Below, piece after piece: positions 9,307-17,686 of a DNA stretch of 51,980 nucleotides; the stretch's first letter is position 1; every line of letters begins with the position of its first letter. Below the pieces are notes generated by a model. The model saw only the letters and a program-made list of their open reading frames with translations, was not told the origin of the DNA and searched no databases. Origin of the DNA: a virus (taxonomy: Duplodnaviria; Caudoviricetes); IMG/VR virus record IMGVR_UViG_3300012943_000009, positions 1 to 51,980 of that record. One strand, written 5' to 3'. The position numbers were made by a program, and so were the translations under genes.

Positions 9307-10207
9307 GAATGGATTTGAACACGGGAGCCCGAGGGAGAACCTTCATGCCGTGGTGCTGGTATTTGAATGTGATATGCTTACCGATGATGCGGCTAGGGTC
9401 TGCCCACCATTGTATCTTCTGCGACTCAGTCATTCCTGACGCCACATAGATGGTGTGCTTGCGCCAGCGGCATACGAGTTTACCCACCATCCCTTTTCCT
9501 TTCAGTCCTGCCATGTGTTTGCTGCGTTGTATGAGGCCGCGTTCATTTAACTTTGCAGGGTTGCAATTCTCCTGCTCTTCCTCGACACCGATGACTTCTG
9601 CCTCGTCGTCTGTGAAGCGTTTCACCTTGAGCAGGTATGCCTCATTGAGGGTAGAGCGCCCCTCCTTATACCATCCACCGGGGGAGCGCAGCATGATGCC
9701 CTCTTTCCCCCGACGCAAAGCGTGGGCTTCGCGCGCTTCGATATCGTGGATGGTATTGCACTTATACTGGCGCAGCCATGCTAGATGAAAGCCGTGCTCG
9801 TCGTTTGTCTGGAAGCGCTCGACTGTCTCCTGCCCCAGCAATGCACGTTCGAGATATGGATCGTAGATGTTCTCATAATAATCAAACACACGATAGACGA
9901 AGTTGGGATCGCCCTCCTGTGACATGACTGCGGACTGCGTGTCGTTGAAGCTGAGGTCACGCCCATACTTATCTAGGCATACGAGTTCCCCATCGCAATA
10001 GTTCAGGTTATCATCACCTAACACCATGCAGATATACTTGTTGGGCACAGGCTTCATCTGCCCTGTGATAGCTCCGCGTTGCGGACATATGAGACAGCGT
10101 ATGCCGTCCTCCTTATCGCTTGCCCATAGCGGAAGAGTGTTTTGCAGGCCTGCAAAATCCAACACCGGCTCGGTTGGTGCCTTGAGCGGTCTAGTTAGAA
10201 TGCGCAT
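9290..10207 (-). CDS. ATP-dependent DNA ligase
   Basis: KEDGIRC (motif I), DGEL, VFD, EGIMLR, LLKVK and a C-terminal OB domain ending PRAPVFKSIRD. Confidence 0.93.
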   Translation of the reverse strand: MRILTRPLKAPTEPVLDFAGLQNTLPLWASDKEDGIRCLICPQRGAITGQMKPVPNKYICMVLGDDNLNYCDGELVCLDKYGRDLSFNDTQSAVMSQEGDPNFVYRVFDYYENIYDPYLERALLGQETVERFQTNDEHGFHLAWLRQYKCNTIHDIEAREAHALRRGKEGIMLRSPGGWYKEGRSTLNEAYLLKVKRFTDDEAEVIGVEEEQENCNPAKLNERGLIQRSKHMAGLKGKGMVGKLVCRWRKHTIYVASGMTESQKIQWWADPSRIIGKHITFKYQHHGMKVLPRAPVFKSIRDPRG

Positions 10208-10279
10208 AAATTTCTTGCCAGTAACGGTAATTGTGTCGGGAGTTTAGTCCGTGATGGGCGAACATTTCTTGGAATAGAA

Positions 10280-10810
10280 TCATTTGCGTGAAACGAGCCA
10301 TGACTTCGTGAGTTTGGTGATTTTGATGGGGACTTGAGTCTCCTGTTTGATTGCATAGGTGAGTTGCTCAGGATGTGATACATACCAATCAGGTATGCTA
10401 GCGATGGGCAGACGCAGGCGTTTGAATCGCGGCTCATCAAGTGCGATCCACGCCTTGATTGTGCCTTTGACCGAGGGTCGAAGGGTGGTGCGAACATTGC
10501 GCTCCTTAGCCTGCATAGACAGACGGACTGTAATGTGAGTGGGTGAGGTCAGATGCCCTGAGCATGACTCCCAATCGCCATCATCACGTTGGAGACGGAC
10601 GAGCACCTTCGCTGCGAGCAGAGACGGATTACCCTTGTAGGAGTCCGCAAGCAGGGACTTGCTGATGATAGCCGTGAAGGGTTCATTGCTGCCCGTAGTC
10701 TGCGTATAGGCGTAGCCCGCAAGCAACACGACTATACCTTCTCCGTTTTGCAGCCCTGCAATTTCTGCTGCGGCTTGCAGGTCAGCCTCGTTATTGAGTT
10801 TGAGTTTCAA
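10280..10810 (-). CDS. Hypothetical protein
   Basis: 176-aa ORF co-oriented with neighbours. Confidence 0.55.
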   Translation of the reverse strand: MKLKLNNEADLQAAAEIAGLQNGEGIVVLLAGYAYTQTTGSNEPFTAIISKSLLADSYKGNPSLLAAKVLVRLQRDDGDWESCSGHLTSPTHITVRLSMQAKERNVRTTLRPSVKGTIKAWIALDEPRFKRLRLPIASIPDWYVSHPEQLTYAIKQETQVPIKITKLTKSWLVSRK

Positions 10811-11027
10811 GGTGTTTGATGATGATGTTGACTGCGGTGATTTGTCGCGTGAGTTTGGAGCACTTCACCTTGCTGCGCCGGTAGCCGGGTGTCGAGCGGA
10901 CAGAGATACCTTGCATGAGATTGTCAATCTCACGGAAGCGTGTGCACATGTCATCGCGCACGGATTTGAGTTGTTGGATTTCGTTCTTAGTTGGCGTGGG
11001 CGTGTGCGTGGGCGTGGGTGTGGACAT
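10791..11027 (-). CDS. Hypothetical protein
   Basis: Start MSTPTPTHT at 11027 after a CA-rich leader. Confidence 0.55.
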   Translation of the reverse strand: MSTPTPTHTPTPTKNEIQQLKSVRDDMCTRFREIDNLMQGISVRSTPGYRRSKVKCSKLTRQITAVNIIIKHLETQTQ

Positions 11028-11049
11028 ATAGGTGGGGTTGTGGTATGAT
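11021..11049 (+). promoter_or_regulatory. Sigma70-type promoter, leaderless
   Basis: TGGACA-N17-TATGAT with an extended TG, 6 nt before ATG 11056. Confidence 0.6.
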
Positions 11050-11055
11050 AATGGT

Positions 11056-11670
11056 ATGCACTTTACAAAAATGACAACTGCTAAAAAGACCCTCGTTCCC
11101 AAGCAGCGCCCGAAGGTGATTGCGGGAGCGGCTGGAATGCGTGACGCCACTGTTCGTATGAAGCGAGTAGTGGGCGGAGGCTCTGCTCTGAAACGCATGG
11201 GGCAGGACGGTGAAGCAACGCACGAGAACATCGTGCGCACTCTCGCCTTGACGGATCACACTCACAATGCACGCGGAACTGCAACGGTGCCGCTGGAGAT
11301 TGAGAAGGAAGCGATAGCCGAAATCGTGGGTGGTGCATCACCAGCTGAAATCGAGACGAAATATCAACTCGCCAAGGGGTATGTGAGTCACGCATTGAAA
11401 CGTCGGTTTGGATCGCAGGAAGCGGCTTTTGCAGCCCTGCAAGGACTGACTTTGGAGGTTGCATTGGCGTGTAATGTGCATGCGCTGACACAGGTAGAGC
11501 ACATGTCAGGGCCACAAGCAGTGATGTCAGGCGCCATCGCCACGGATAAGGCATTAGCATTGCAGAAGGCTATTCAAGATCGGCCAAAGACGATAGACTT
11601 TGGACAACTGGCTGAGATGGGAAAAGTCTTGAAGGTGTTACGGGAGATTTCGACTCCGACGGATTCTTGA
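11056..11670 (+). CDS. HTH DNA-binding protein (terminase small subunit-like or regulator)
   Basis: GASPAEIETKYQLAKGYVSHALKR is HTH-like; helical GAIATDKALAL; the only plus-strand gene in the left arm. Confidence 0.55.
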   Translation: MHFTKMTTAKKTLVPKQRPKVIAGAAGMRDATVRMKRVVGGGSALKRMGQDGEATHENIVRTLALTDHTHNARGTATVPLEIEKEAIAEIVGGASPAEIETKYQLAKGYVSHALKRRFGSQEAAFAALQGLTLEVALACNVHALTQVEHMSGPQAVMSGAIATDKALALQKAIQDRPKTIDFGQLAEMGKVLKVLREISTPTDS

Positions 11671-11920
11671 TCTTCATGATGCGGGCAGCGATCTGCTCGG
11701 GAGTGCCCCATGATTTGAATGTGGCGGCACACTGAGCACGCTTGTAGAGAGCGGTGACGACACCGCAAACGATTTGATGATGCCGAGGCACGGGCGGGAA
11801 CGCCTCCGGTCGTGCAATGCGAGGCGGCACCTTCTTGCGCTTCTTGGACTTGGGCACGGTGGTGTGGAACTTGAGCATGAGGCGATCCACGATCGCATCG
11901 ACGTTAGTTGAATTGGACAT
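11570..11920 (-). CDS. Hypothetical basic protein
   Basis: ATG 11920; convergent overlap with the HTH gene. Confidence 0.5.
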   Translation of the reverse strand: MSNSTNVDAIVDRLMLKFHTTVPKSKKRKKVPPRIARPEAFPPVPRHHQIVCGVVTALYKRAQCAATFKSWGTPEQIAARIMKIKNPSESKSPVTPSRLFPSQPVVQSLSSLADLE

Positions 11921-12173
11921 TTTGTTTTTGCAGGGCTGCAATCATGTTTTGCTGGGTGATGTATTGCTTGATGTGTTGAACGCAGTGAAAGATGGCTTTC
12001 TGCGACATTTCAGGGAAGGCACGGCTGATCATATCCATGAGTATGGGACCGTTAGGGTAAGGCTGCTGAATGATCTGCTTTTGCAGATCAGTGATGCGAT
12101 CAAGCATGCGGATCACTTCGATTGCATCGTCAGAACTCAGAAAGAAGAACTTAGAGAACGGTGGCTGGCTCAT
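11904..12173 (-). CDS. Hypothetical protein
   Basis: Coupled ORF. Confidence 0.6.
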   Translation of the reverse strand: MSQPPFSKFFFLSSDDAIEVIRMLDRITDLQKQIIQQPYPNGPILMDMISRAFPEMSQKAIFHCVQHIKQYITQQNMIAALQKQNVQFN

Positions 12174-12619
12174 TTGTGGGAGAGTTCGGCGTTGGGCCAG
12201 ATGCGTTTGAGTTGGCGGCAGAATGTGTGACGTGCTTCTGCGGTGTTCTCAACCTCGGCACGGACAGCTCCATAGAGCCTGTGATATGCGAGCATATGAC
12301 AAACACCATGACGCAGGTCCCATGTGAGTTCGTATGAGATAGGACGACCGGTCCTGCGGGCCTTGCTCACGTCGAGCGTCAGATCAGCGTTGCGGGAAGT
12401 GTCGATCGCATCAGGCACGGTGTAGAGCGTGTAGCGATACTTGCTGATGCTGCTGTTGCCTGCGTCTTTGAATGATGTGGCCTGTGATTGCAATGTGTGC
12501 AGGCACAAGGCCGCTTCTTCCTTTGATGTGCGGGAAAACTTGGCGACGACAGACTTGATGCCTTTTTGCTTGGGGTCAGGATTGAACAGACGGCGATAGA
12601 TGATGTATTTGGTGGTCAT
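12170..12619 (-). CDS. Hypothetical protein
   Basis: ATG 12619 overlaps the upstream stop. Confidence 0.6.
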   Translation of the reverse strand: MTTKYIIYRRLFNPDPKQKGIKSVVAKFSRTSKEEAALCLHTLQSQATSFKDAGNSSISKYRYTLYTVPDAIDTSRNADLTLDVSKARRTGRPISYELTWDLRHGVCHMLAYHRLYGAVRAEVENTAEARHTFCRQLKRIWPNAELSHK

Positions 12620-12957
12620 GATTTGGGTGCGGTGGGTGCGGTGGGTGCGGTGGGTGCGATGAGGGTGTGAGCGACGGTGGTGAGAACTTTCTCGACTACG
12701 ATCACTTCGCATGTGCCTAAGTTGTTGACGTAGATTTCGATGTTGAACTTCATGTTGTTGTGGAGTGACTCAGCAGTGACGGTGTGATGGTGGCCGTTGC
12801 TGTGAATTGCAGCCCTGCAAAACATATCACCGCGATGCTGATAGACTTGAACATCGGTTATCGCATGGATGTGATGTGAGGGCATGATTTGGAACGTGAG
12901 AGTGAATTCCTCGCTCTCATCGTTCTTACTGTTGAACTTTAAGGAGTATTTCTTCAT
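12616..12957 (-). CDS. Hypothetical protein with a C-terminal (PTA)n repeat
   Basis: ATG 12957 overlaps the upstream stop; 9-bp tandem repeat at about 12626-12658. Confidence 0.6.
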   Translation of the reverse strand: MKKYSLKFNSKNDESEEFTLTFQIMPSHHIHAITDVQVYQHRGDMFCRAAIHSNGHHHTVTAESLHNNMKFNIEIYVNNLGTCEVIVVEKVLTTVAHTLIAPTAPTAPTAPKS

Positions 12958-13178
12958 AGGTAGTTTTGGTGAGTATGCTGGTCGATCTTCCGGTTGAATG
13001 TGATTGACCACAATTCAAGGTGCATCCCACATCCCTTCTCTTTCAGAACGGTGAACAACTGCCGAGCGTGCTCGCAGCTGAGTTCGTGTGTGGTCACAGC
13101 ATAGAGTTTGGTCTTGATGCGCACCACGAACGGACTGAAAGGAAAGGATGGTCTGGGATTCTTTATTCCGACTGACAT
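12954..13178 (-). CDS. Hypothetical protein
   Basis: Directly follows a leaderless promoter. Confidence 0.65.
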   Translation of the reverse strand: MSVGIKNPRPSFPFSPFVVRIKTKLYAVTTHELSCEHARQLFTVLKEKGCGMHLELWSITFNRKIDQHTHQNYL

Positions 13179-13184
13179 ACAATT

Positions 13185-13212
13185 AGTATAACAGGTATTC
13201 GTGTTAAGTCAA
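13185..13212 (-). promoter_or_regulatory. Sigma70-type promoter, leaderless
   Basis: TTGACT-N16-TATACT, 6 nt before ATG 13178; palindrome copy 13215-13230 lies immediately upstream of the -35. Confidence 0.75.
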
Positions 13213-13233
13213 TATTTGCAGGGCTGCAAAGAG

Positions 13234-13650
13234 CTAGAGAACTTCGACTTCAATGGCGATGGAGTTCCCAAATTGCATGAGAGCAATGCCATAGAATGTG
13301 CCTGTGCGGTCGTGATGCAGAGACTCAGACATGCGATCGAATTGCATCTTAGCCTTCTCACGTGTCATGAGATCGCTGGTGAGATCAGTCTTGTATTCAG
13401 TAGCGAAGCCCACAGTGAGAATGACGTAGTGATCCTGTGTTGGTGTTGGTGTTGGTGTTGGTGTTGGTGTTGGTGTTGGTGTTGGTGTTGGTGGGGAGGG
13501 GAGAGGGTAGCGAGCACTCAGACGATCGAGCAGGTTGTGACCTTGCTCGTGTGTGAGACGCAGTTGTAGCTGACGGGGCGTGGCTGCCCATGAGAGAACT
13601 TCATCGGGAAATATGTGGAAGTTGAATGGTGGTTGTTTGGGTGTTGACAT
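13234..13650 (-). CDS. Hypothetical protein with a (PT)n linker
   Basis: ATG 13650 after a CA-repeat leader. Confidence 0.6.
   Translation of the reverse strand: MSTPKQPPFNFHIFPDEVLSWAATPRQLQLRLTHEQGHNLLDRLSARYPLPSPPTPTPTPTPTPTPTPTPTQDHYVILTVGFATEYKTDLTSDLMTREKAKMQFDRMSESLHHDRTGTFYGIALMQFGNSIAIEVEVL
13437..13493. repeat. (TGTTGG)n hexamer tandem repeat, about 9 units
   Basis: Seen directly; encodes PTPTPT on the minus strand. Confidence 0.9.
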
Positions 13651-13669
13651 GGCATGGTGTGTGTGTGTG

Positions 13670-13891
13670 TTAGAGGCTGCTGTTGAGCGGGCAGGATGGA
13701 AGCGGATGTTCTTGCGTGAGTTCGTCTTTGTCGTCGTCATCGACGGTGATCGTCAGGCGGCAGTTAGGATTGATACAGCGTCCCACATAACCTTCGATTT
13801 CGCGGGAGAGCGTCCATATGATGTCGTGGCCTTGATTTCTCGCGTTGATGTGAATGCGCTGTGCGGCTGTGTGTGTGGATGGTTTTGGCAT
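13670..13891 (-). CDS. Small Cys/His-containing hypothetical protein
   Basis: ATG 13891 after a CA-repeat leader; H...C.NP.C...C. Confidence 0.55.
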   Translation of the reverse strand: MPKPSTHTAAQRIHINARNQGHDIIWTLSREIEGYVGRCINPNCRLTITVDDDDKDELTQEHPLPSCPLNSSL

Positions 13892-13911
13892 GGTGTGTGT
13901 GTGGGTGTGGG

Positions 13912-14316
13912 TTAGCGCTTTTTGGAGTGATCGACGGTGAGCACCATCACCTTTTGGAGGGCTTTGCCGTAGCGAATTTGCAGGGCTGCAAACTGAGCAC
14001 AATCACGGATGCTCATGTAGCGACCGGATGGCGAGAGTTGATAGTCGAGGCCACGGTAGAAGAAGTCTTCGACCTCTGCGGCTGTGACGGGACGGCGACC
14101 GTAGGCGGATATGAGGTTGGCGCTGACGAGCTTGAGCTCGGCTGTGGTGGTGTAGTGACATCCCCGGCAGATGGCTACGGTGACGCCGCTACGGACACGG
14201 GATTTGACCTTGGCGCCACAGCACTTGGATACGAGCATTTGCTCATAGCCAGTGGGGATGGATGGATTTTGCAGGGCTGCAATTTTGGGATTTGATTTGT
14301 TGGTTTTGCGTTTCAT
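13912..14316 (-). CDS. Hypothetical protein with a Zn-ribbon-like CC...CxxC
   Basis: ATG 14316 after an A/C-rich leader; SKCCGA...CRGCH. Confidence 0.6.
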   Translation of the reverse strand: MKRKTNKSNPKIAALQNPSIPTGYEQMLVSKCCGAKVKSRVRSGVTVAICRGCHYTTTAELKLVSANLISAYGRRPVTAAEVEDFFYRGLDYQLSPSGRYMSIRDCAQFAALQIRYGKALQKVMVLTVDHSKKR

Positions 14317-14359
14317 GTGGTTTGGTTTGGTTTTGTGTGGATTTCTACTGTCAAGCCCT

Positions 14360-14387
14360 AGTATAGCATGTGGAGAGCTTATGTCAA
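14360..14387 (-). promoter_or_regulatory. Sigma70-type promoter
   Basis: TTGACA-N16-TATACT. Confidence 0.7.
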
Positions 14388-14417
14388 GCACAAATGTGTG
14401 GTATAGTTGAGCTCAGA

Positions 14418-14611
14418 CTATAGGTTAGCTATAGGTTATTATAGTCTGAGAACTAAAGGGGGGAATGAATATGAATTTGGAGAAATGGAGTTAGGTAGTT
14501 ATATGTATAGATATATATATATATATTTAACTAACTAACTCTATATAACTGAACATATTTATATCTGGTGGGGTAGCTCTCCGACTATACTAACCTATAT
14601 CTAACCTATAG
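14418..14611. repeat. 194-bp imperfect AT-rich palindrome; candidate replication origin
   Basis: Outer arms 14418-14455/14574-14611 (34/38 match), inner arms 14488-14501/14528-14541 and an (AT)n core all share the axis 14514/14515. Confidence 0.85.
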
Positions 14612-14669
14612 ATAGACAATATGGATCAGTGGATAGATTTGCAGGGCTGCAAATTCGGGATTGGGCAGC

Positions 14670-14699
14670 AAAAAGCCCCAACCCTTTCGGGTTGAGGCT
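14670..14699 (-). terminator. Intrinsic terminator
   Basis: AGCCTCAACCC-GAAA-GGGTTGGGGCT followed by TTTT on the minus strand. Confidence 0.75.
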
Positions 14700-14731
14700 G
14701 ATTGCGCTGAGCGCTGATTGCGCTGTGCGGG

Positions 14732-15325
14732 TTAGCGAGTGCGGGCTTGTGGGATGTGACTGAGTGTAGGGGTGCCGTTAGGCCACACGGCGCACCAACG
14801 GGCTGCTTCCTCGATTGCGCTGTTCGTGGACCAGTGGAACATGCGGTAGAGCTCGCTGGACGTGGTGTCGCATGTGATCGTGAGTTCGTAGGACAGGGTG
14901 TCCCCATCGAACGAGGAACGGATGGCTGCTGTGCATGGGGCGAGGAAGTCTGCGTTGTCGGGCAGACGCTCCTTGAACGCAGGAGGAATATCCCCTTGGC
15001 ACCACACGTTGTTGCTGACGACGGATGGGCGGTCATCATGCCAACGGATGCGGAATGTGGCACCACCGTGCCCAAGGTGAGACGGGTATGGCGGGTTGGG
15101 CTTGTTGGGCTTCACGACGTATTGTGTGCCCGCCACTCTCGCTATTTGCAGATCGTCATGTTGCTCAACGAGGTTGAGCCAGAAGTCGCAGGTGTGGCAC
15201 GTGCTGGTATGCAGCAAGCGGGTGTGGGTGGGTTCGGTGAAATACACCGAGAAGTTGGGTGTGCCGCACTCCCGGCAGGGAGTGGGTGATGTGCGGAGCG
15301 TGGGTTGTTGGCGTTTGCGTGGCAT
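14732..15325 (-). CDS. Hypothetical early protein with CxxC motifs
   Basis: CRECG...CHTCDFW; CA-repeat leader. Confidence 0.65.
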   Translation of the reverse strand: MPRKRQQPTLRTSPTPCRECGTPNFSVYFTEPTHTRLLHTSTCHTCDFWLNLVEQHDDLQIARVAGTQYVVKPNKPNPPYPSHLGHGGATFRIRWHDDRPSVVSNNVWCQGDIPPAFKERLPDNADFLAPCTAAIRSSFDGDTLSYELTITCDTTSSELYRMFHWSTNSAIEEAARWCAVWPNGTPTLSHIPQARTR

Positions 15326-15361
15326 GTGTGTGTGTGTGTGTTGATTTTGCAGGGCTGCAAA

Positions 15362-15661
15362 TTAGTAGTAGGTTGGGGTGACGTTGAAGAGCAGGTCGAA
15401 ATCGTTGCTGAGGCGTTGCTCTGCCCCGAGAGCACGCAACGTGCGGATGCGGTCGGCTGCGCTCTGGCGGGACATCACGACGGTTGTGCGGGACACAACG
15501 CCTGCGGTCGATCCTGTGGACGGGACGAACGCATGGATGATGCAGCACTCGACGCGATGCCGAATGATGAGGTAGTGATGCCAGATGTGGTTGAACTGGA
15601 ACGCGTATGAGCGGGCTTGCATATGTGTGGGTTGGTGTGGGAGCGGATGTGTGGTTTTCAT
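15362..15661 (-). CDS. Hypothetical early protein
   Basis: ATG 15661; flanked by palindrome copies on both sides. Confidence 0.55.
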   Translation of the reverse strand: MKTTHPLPHQPTHMQARSYAFQFNHIWHHYLIIRHRVECCIIHAFVPSTGSTAGVVSRTTVVMSRQSAADRIRTLRALGAEQRLSNDFDLLFNVTPTYY

Positions 15662-15740
15662 TGGTGGGTTTTTGCAGGGCTGCAAATTGTGGTTTGGCTT
15701 GGTTGGTTTTGGCTTGGTTGGTTTTCTACGTTGAGTCTGT

Positions 15741-15769
15741 ATGGTAGGTTATGTGATGGCTTATGTCAA
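15741..15769 (-). promoter_or_regulatory. Sigma70-type promoter
   Basis: TTGACA-N17-TACCAT. Confidence 0.65.
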
Positions 15770-15781
15770 GCACGAAATGCG

Positions 15782-15811
15782 AATGCCCCAACCCGCTAGG
15801 GTTGAGGCATT
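15782..15811 (-). terminator. Hairpin/terminator with the same stem as 14670-14699
   Basis: AATGCCCCAACCC-GCTA-GGGTTGAGGCATT on the + strand; weak U tract. Confidence 0.55.
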
Positions 15812-15847
15812 TGTGTGTGTGTGTGTGTGTGGGTCGCGGGTCGTGGA

Positions 15848-16090
15848 TCAGATGTAAGTGATGGGTGCGGGTGGGCGTGGGATGGATGTGAGTATGCGAT
15901 CTGTGCGGTCGAGGATCATGTATGCGTCAGTGCGTGTCGCACCATAGCGATCTGCGAGGTCGAGTATGCGCTGTATGTCGCCGGGATCACCATCGTCAAG
16001 CAACGTCAGGTGATAACCGGGCGTGAGGTTGTATGTGTCGGCAATGTATTGCTCGATGGATGTGCGTGGGATGTATGCGTCGGGTGTCAT
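15848..16090 (-). CDS. Hypothetical early protein
   Basis: ATG 16090 after a palindrome copy and a CA-repeat leader. Confidence 0.6.
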   Translation of the reverse strand: MTPDAYIPRTSIEQYIADTYNLTPGYHLTLLDDGDPGDIQRILDLADRYGATRTDAYMILDRTDRILTSIPRPPAPITYI

Positions 16091-16154
16091 ATATGTGTGT
16101 GTGTGTGGTTTTGCAGGGCTGCAAACTTGGATGTGAATTGGATACTGAGCCGCC

Positions 16155-16182
16155 ATCGTATGTGATGTAGCGGGTGAGTCAA
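16155..16182 (-). promoter_or_regulatory. Sigma70-type promoter
   Basis: TTGACT-N16-TACGAT. Confidence 0.6.
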
Positions 16183-16189
16183 GCATAGA

Positions 16190-16310
16190 ATGTGAGGGTG
16201 AGGGTGAGTGTGAGTGTGCTGATCCCTTTCCTTTCAGATTGGGCGCGTGTGTGCCGTGTGTGTGGTGTGTGGTGTGTGGTGTGTGGTGTGTGGTGTGTGT
16301 GGTGTGTGTC
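16190..16310. repeat. GT-rich simple repeats ((GTGTG)n, (GTGAGG)n)
   Basis: Seen directly; intergenic. Confidence 0.85.
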
Positions 16311-16362
16311 GCATGAATGTGATGAGGTTTTGCAGGGCTGCAAAATGCTGATGTCAGGGCAC

Positions 16363-16395
16363 AAAAAACCCCGCCAGCCTTTCGGCTGACGGGGT
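16363..16395 (-). terminator. Intrinsic terminator
   Basis: ACCCCGTCAGCC-GAAA-GGCTGGCGGGGT followed by a T run, just after the 16404 stop. Confidence 0.85.
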
Positions 16396-16403
16396 CTTTG
16401 TCT

Positions 16404-17084
16404 CTACTCTGCGCTGTCGTCGTCGTCGTCGGACTCTTCGTCTTCGGACTCTTCCTCTTCCTCTTCGTCGAAGAGTTCGGACTCTGCGAAAGCGCGCTCT
16501 ACAACGGCGCGGCAGTCGGTTTCATCGTACTCCTCTTCAACCAATTCCTTCAGGATTGCAATCAGCGTGGTGACTGCATCGTTCTCGCGAGCCTTAATGG
16601 ACTTCGGCTTCGTGGCGGATTTCTTTTCCGTCTGATTTGTCTCCCCGCCGGGAGCGCGCTCGCTGGGCTTGGCGATTGCCGCCTTCGCTTGTTCGATGGA
16701 CATCGGCTCTTTGGCGCTGGCGATTTTCTCCAAGACTTCGCGAGACACGCGCTTGTTCGGGTTCGTCTCTTTGGAGTTGGTTTCCATAATCTTGTCGAGG
16801 GTCTTACGATTCTCGGCGCACGCCGGGAACACGAAAGCCGCGACTTTGGAAACACGCGAGCCGTTCAAGTCGCCGCACGTCATGAGAAATGCGGTTAACT
16901 GGCGGCGATCAGCGATGCCAAGCCGCACCGTTTCTGCTTTCGCAGTGATACGGTAGCTGTCCATAAAGACGGCCAATTCCTTCTGGAATTTGGTTTCCAG
17001 AGTATTGATTTTCGTGATGACGCCGGACAGCTTTTCGCTGGTCTTAGGGGCGGGAGTTGGGGCGGGATTTGCGTTTGTAGCCAT
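16404..17084 (-). CDS. First early gene; distant paralog of the 8304-8915 protein with an acidic tail
   Basis: Has its own promoter, structured leader and terminator; shares four colinear blocks with the 8304-8915 protein. Confidence 0.7.
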   Translation of the reverse strand: MATNANPAPTPAPKTSEKLSGVITKINTLETKFQKELAVFMDSYRITAKAETVRLGIADRRQLTAFLMTCGDLNGSRVSKVAAFVFPACAENRKTLDKIMETNSKETNPNKRVSREVLEKIASAKEPMSIEQAKAAIAKPSERAPGGETNQTEKKSATKPKSIKARENDAVTTLIAILKELVEEEYDETDCRAVVERAFAESELFDEEEEEESEDEESDDDDDSAE

Positions 17085-17280
17085 ATGATTAGATGCGCTT
17101 TCGCGCGGTTAACTGTCAGACTGCCAAGCGTAAATTCCCTTTGCGACTAGGCAAAGGGCGCTTGTCTCAAAGGATTGGATACCTTTGAGACTTCACCCTT
17201 TGCGCAGAGTTGAGATGAGAAAGAGCAGCGACACTCTCAAGGAGTGCCGTTTTCAGTGTCGGACCAAATCCGACACTGAG
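17085..17280 (-). ncRNA. Structured 5' leader / candidate cis-regulatory RNA
   Basis: Stems at 17253-17263/17269-17279 and 17164-17173/17182-17191; GCAAAGGG (17151-17158) can pair with either 17137-17144 or 17196-17203. Confidence 0.5.
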
Positions 17281-17285
17281 CCATA

Positions 17286-17313
17286 AAGTTACCAGAACGT
17301 AGGCTAGTGTCAA
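17286..17313 (-). promoter_or_regulatory. Sigma70-type promoter
   Basis: TTGACA-N16-TAACTT with an extended TG. Confidence 0.55.
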
Positions 17314-17629
17314 GAGGTAAAGCGCAAGTGCCTATAGTAGAAGGAGTTATGCGTTTTGCAGACCTGCAAAAACTCTCTCCCTAGTCTGGAAATGCTTCAC
17401 TTTGCAGGGCTGCAAAAGTCATAAACCGCTGTCGCTTAGGCACTTACACCCAACACACTATGCGATAGCACGAAGAGAGAAGAGAGAAGCGACGAGCAGC
17501 ACGAGGCGAGAGACGAGCAGCACGCGCGCGCGGTCCTGATGTAACGCATCATGCCTGACTGACCGGACCTACCTAGCCACCCACCCTCCCGCCTCACCCC
17601 CGCCCGCGCGTCATGGTTGATAATCCGAG

Positions 17630-17686
17630 TTGCTCGGACAGATTTTGAACTAAAGAGCGCAAACATTGCTCGGACAGATTTTGAAC
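17630..17686. repeat. Direct repeat TTGCTCGGACAGATTTTGAAC x2
   Basis: Copies at 17630-17650 and 17666-17686 in the largest non-coding region. Confidence 0.85.

Noticed and set aside
14418-14611. Palindrome as an N15-type telomere resolution site
   Set aside because: No protelomerase or tyrosine recombinase recognised, and the arms are imperfect; kept only as an origin candidate.
17630-17686. 21-bp direct repeat as a mini-CRISPR array
   Set aside because: Only two copies with a 15-bp spacer and no palindromic repeat structure.
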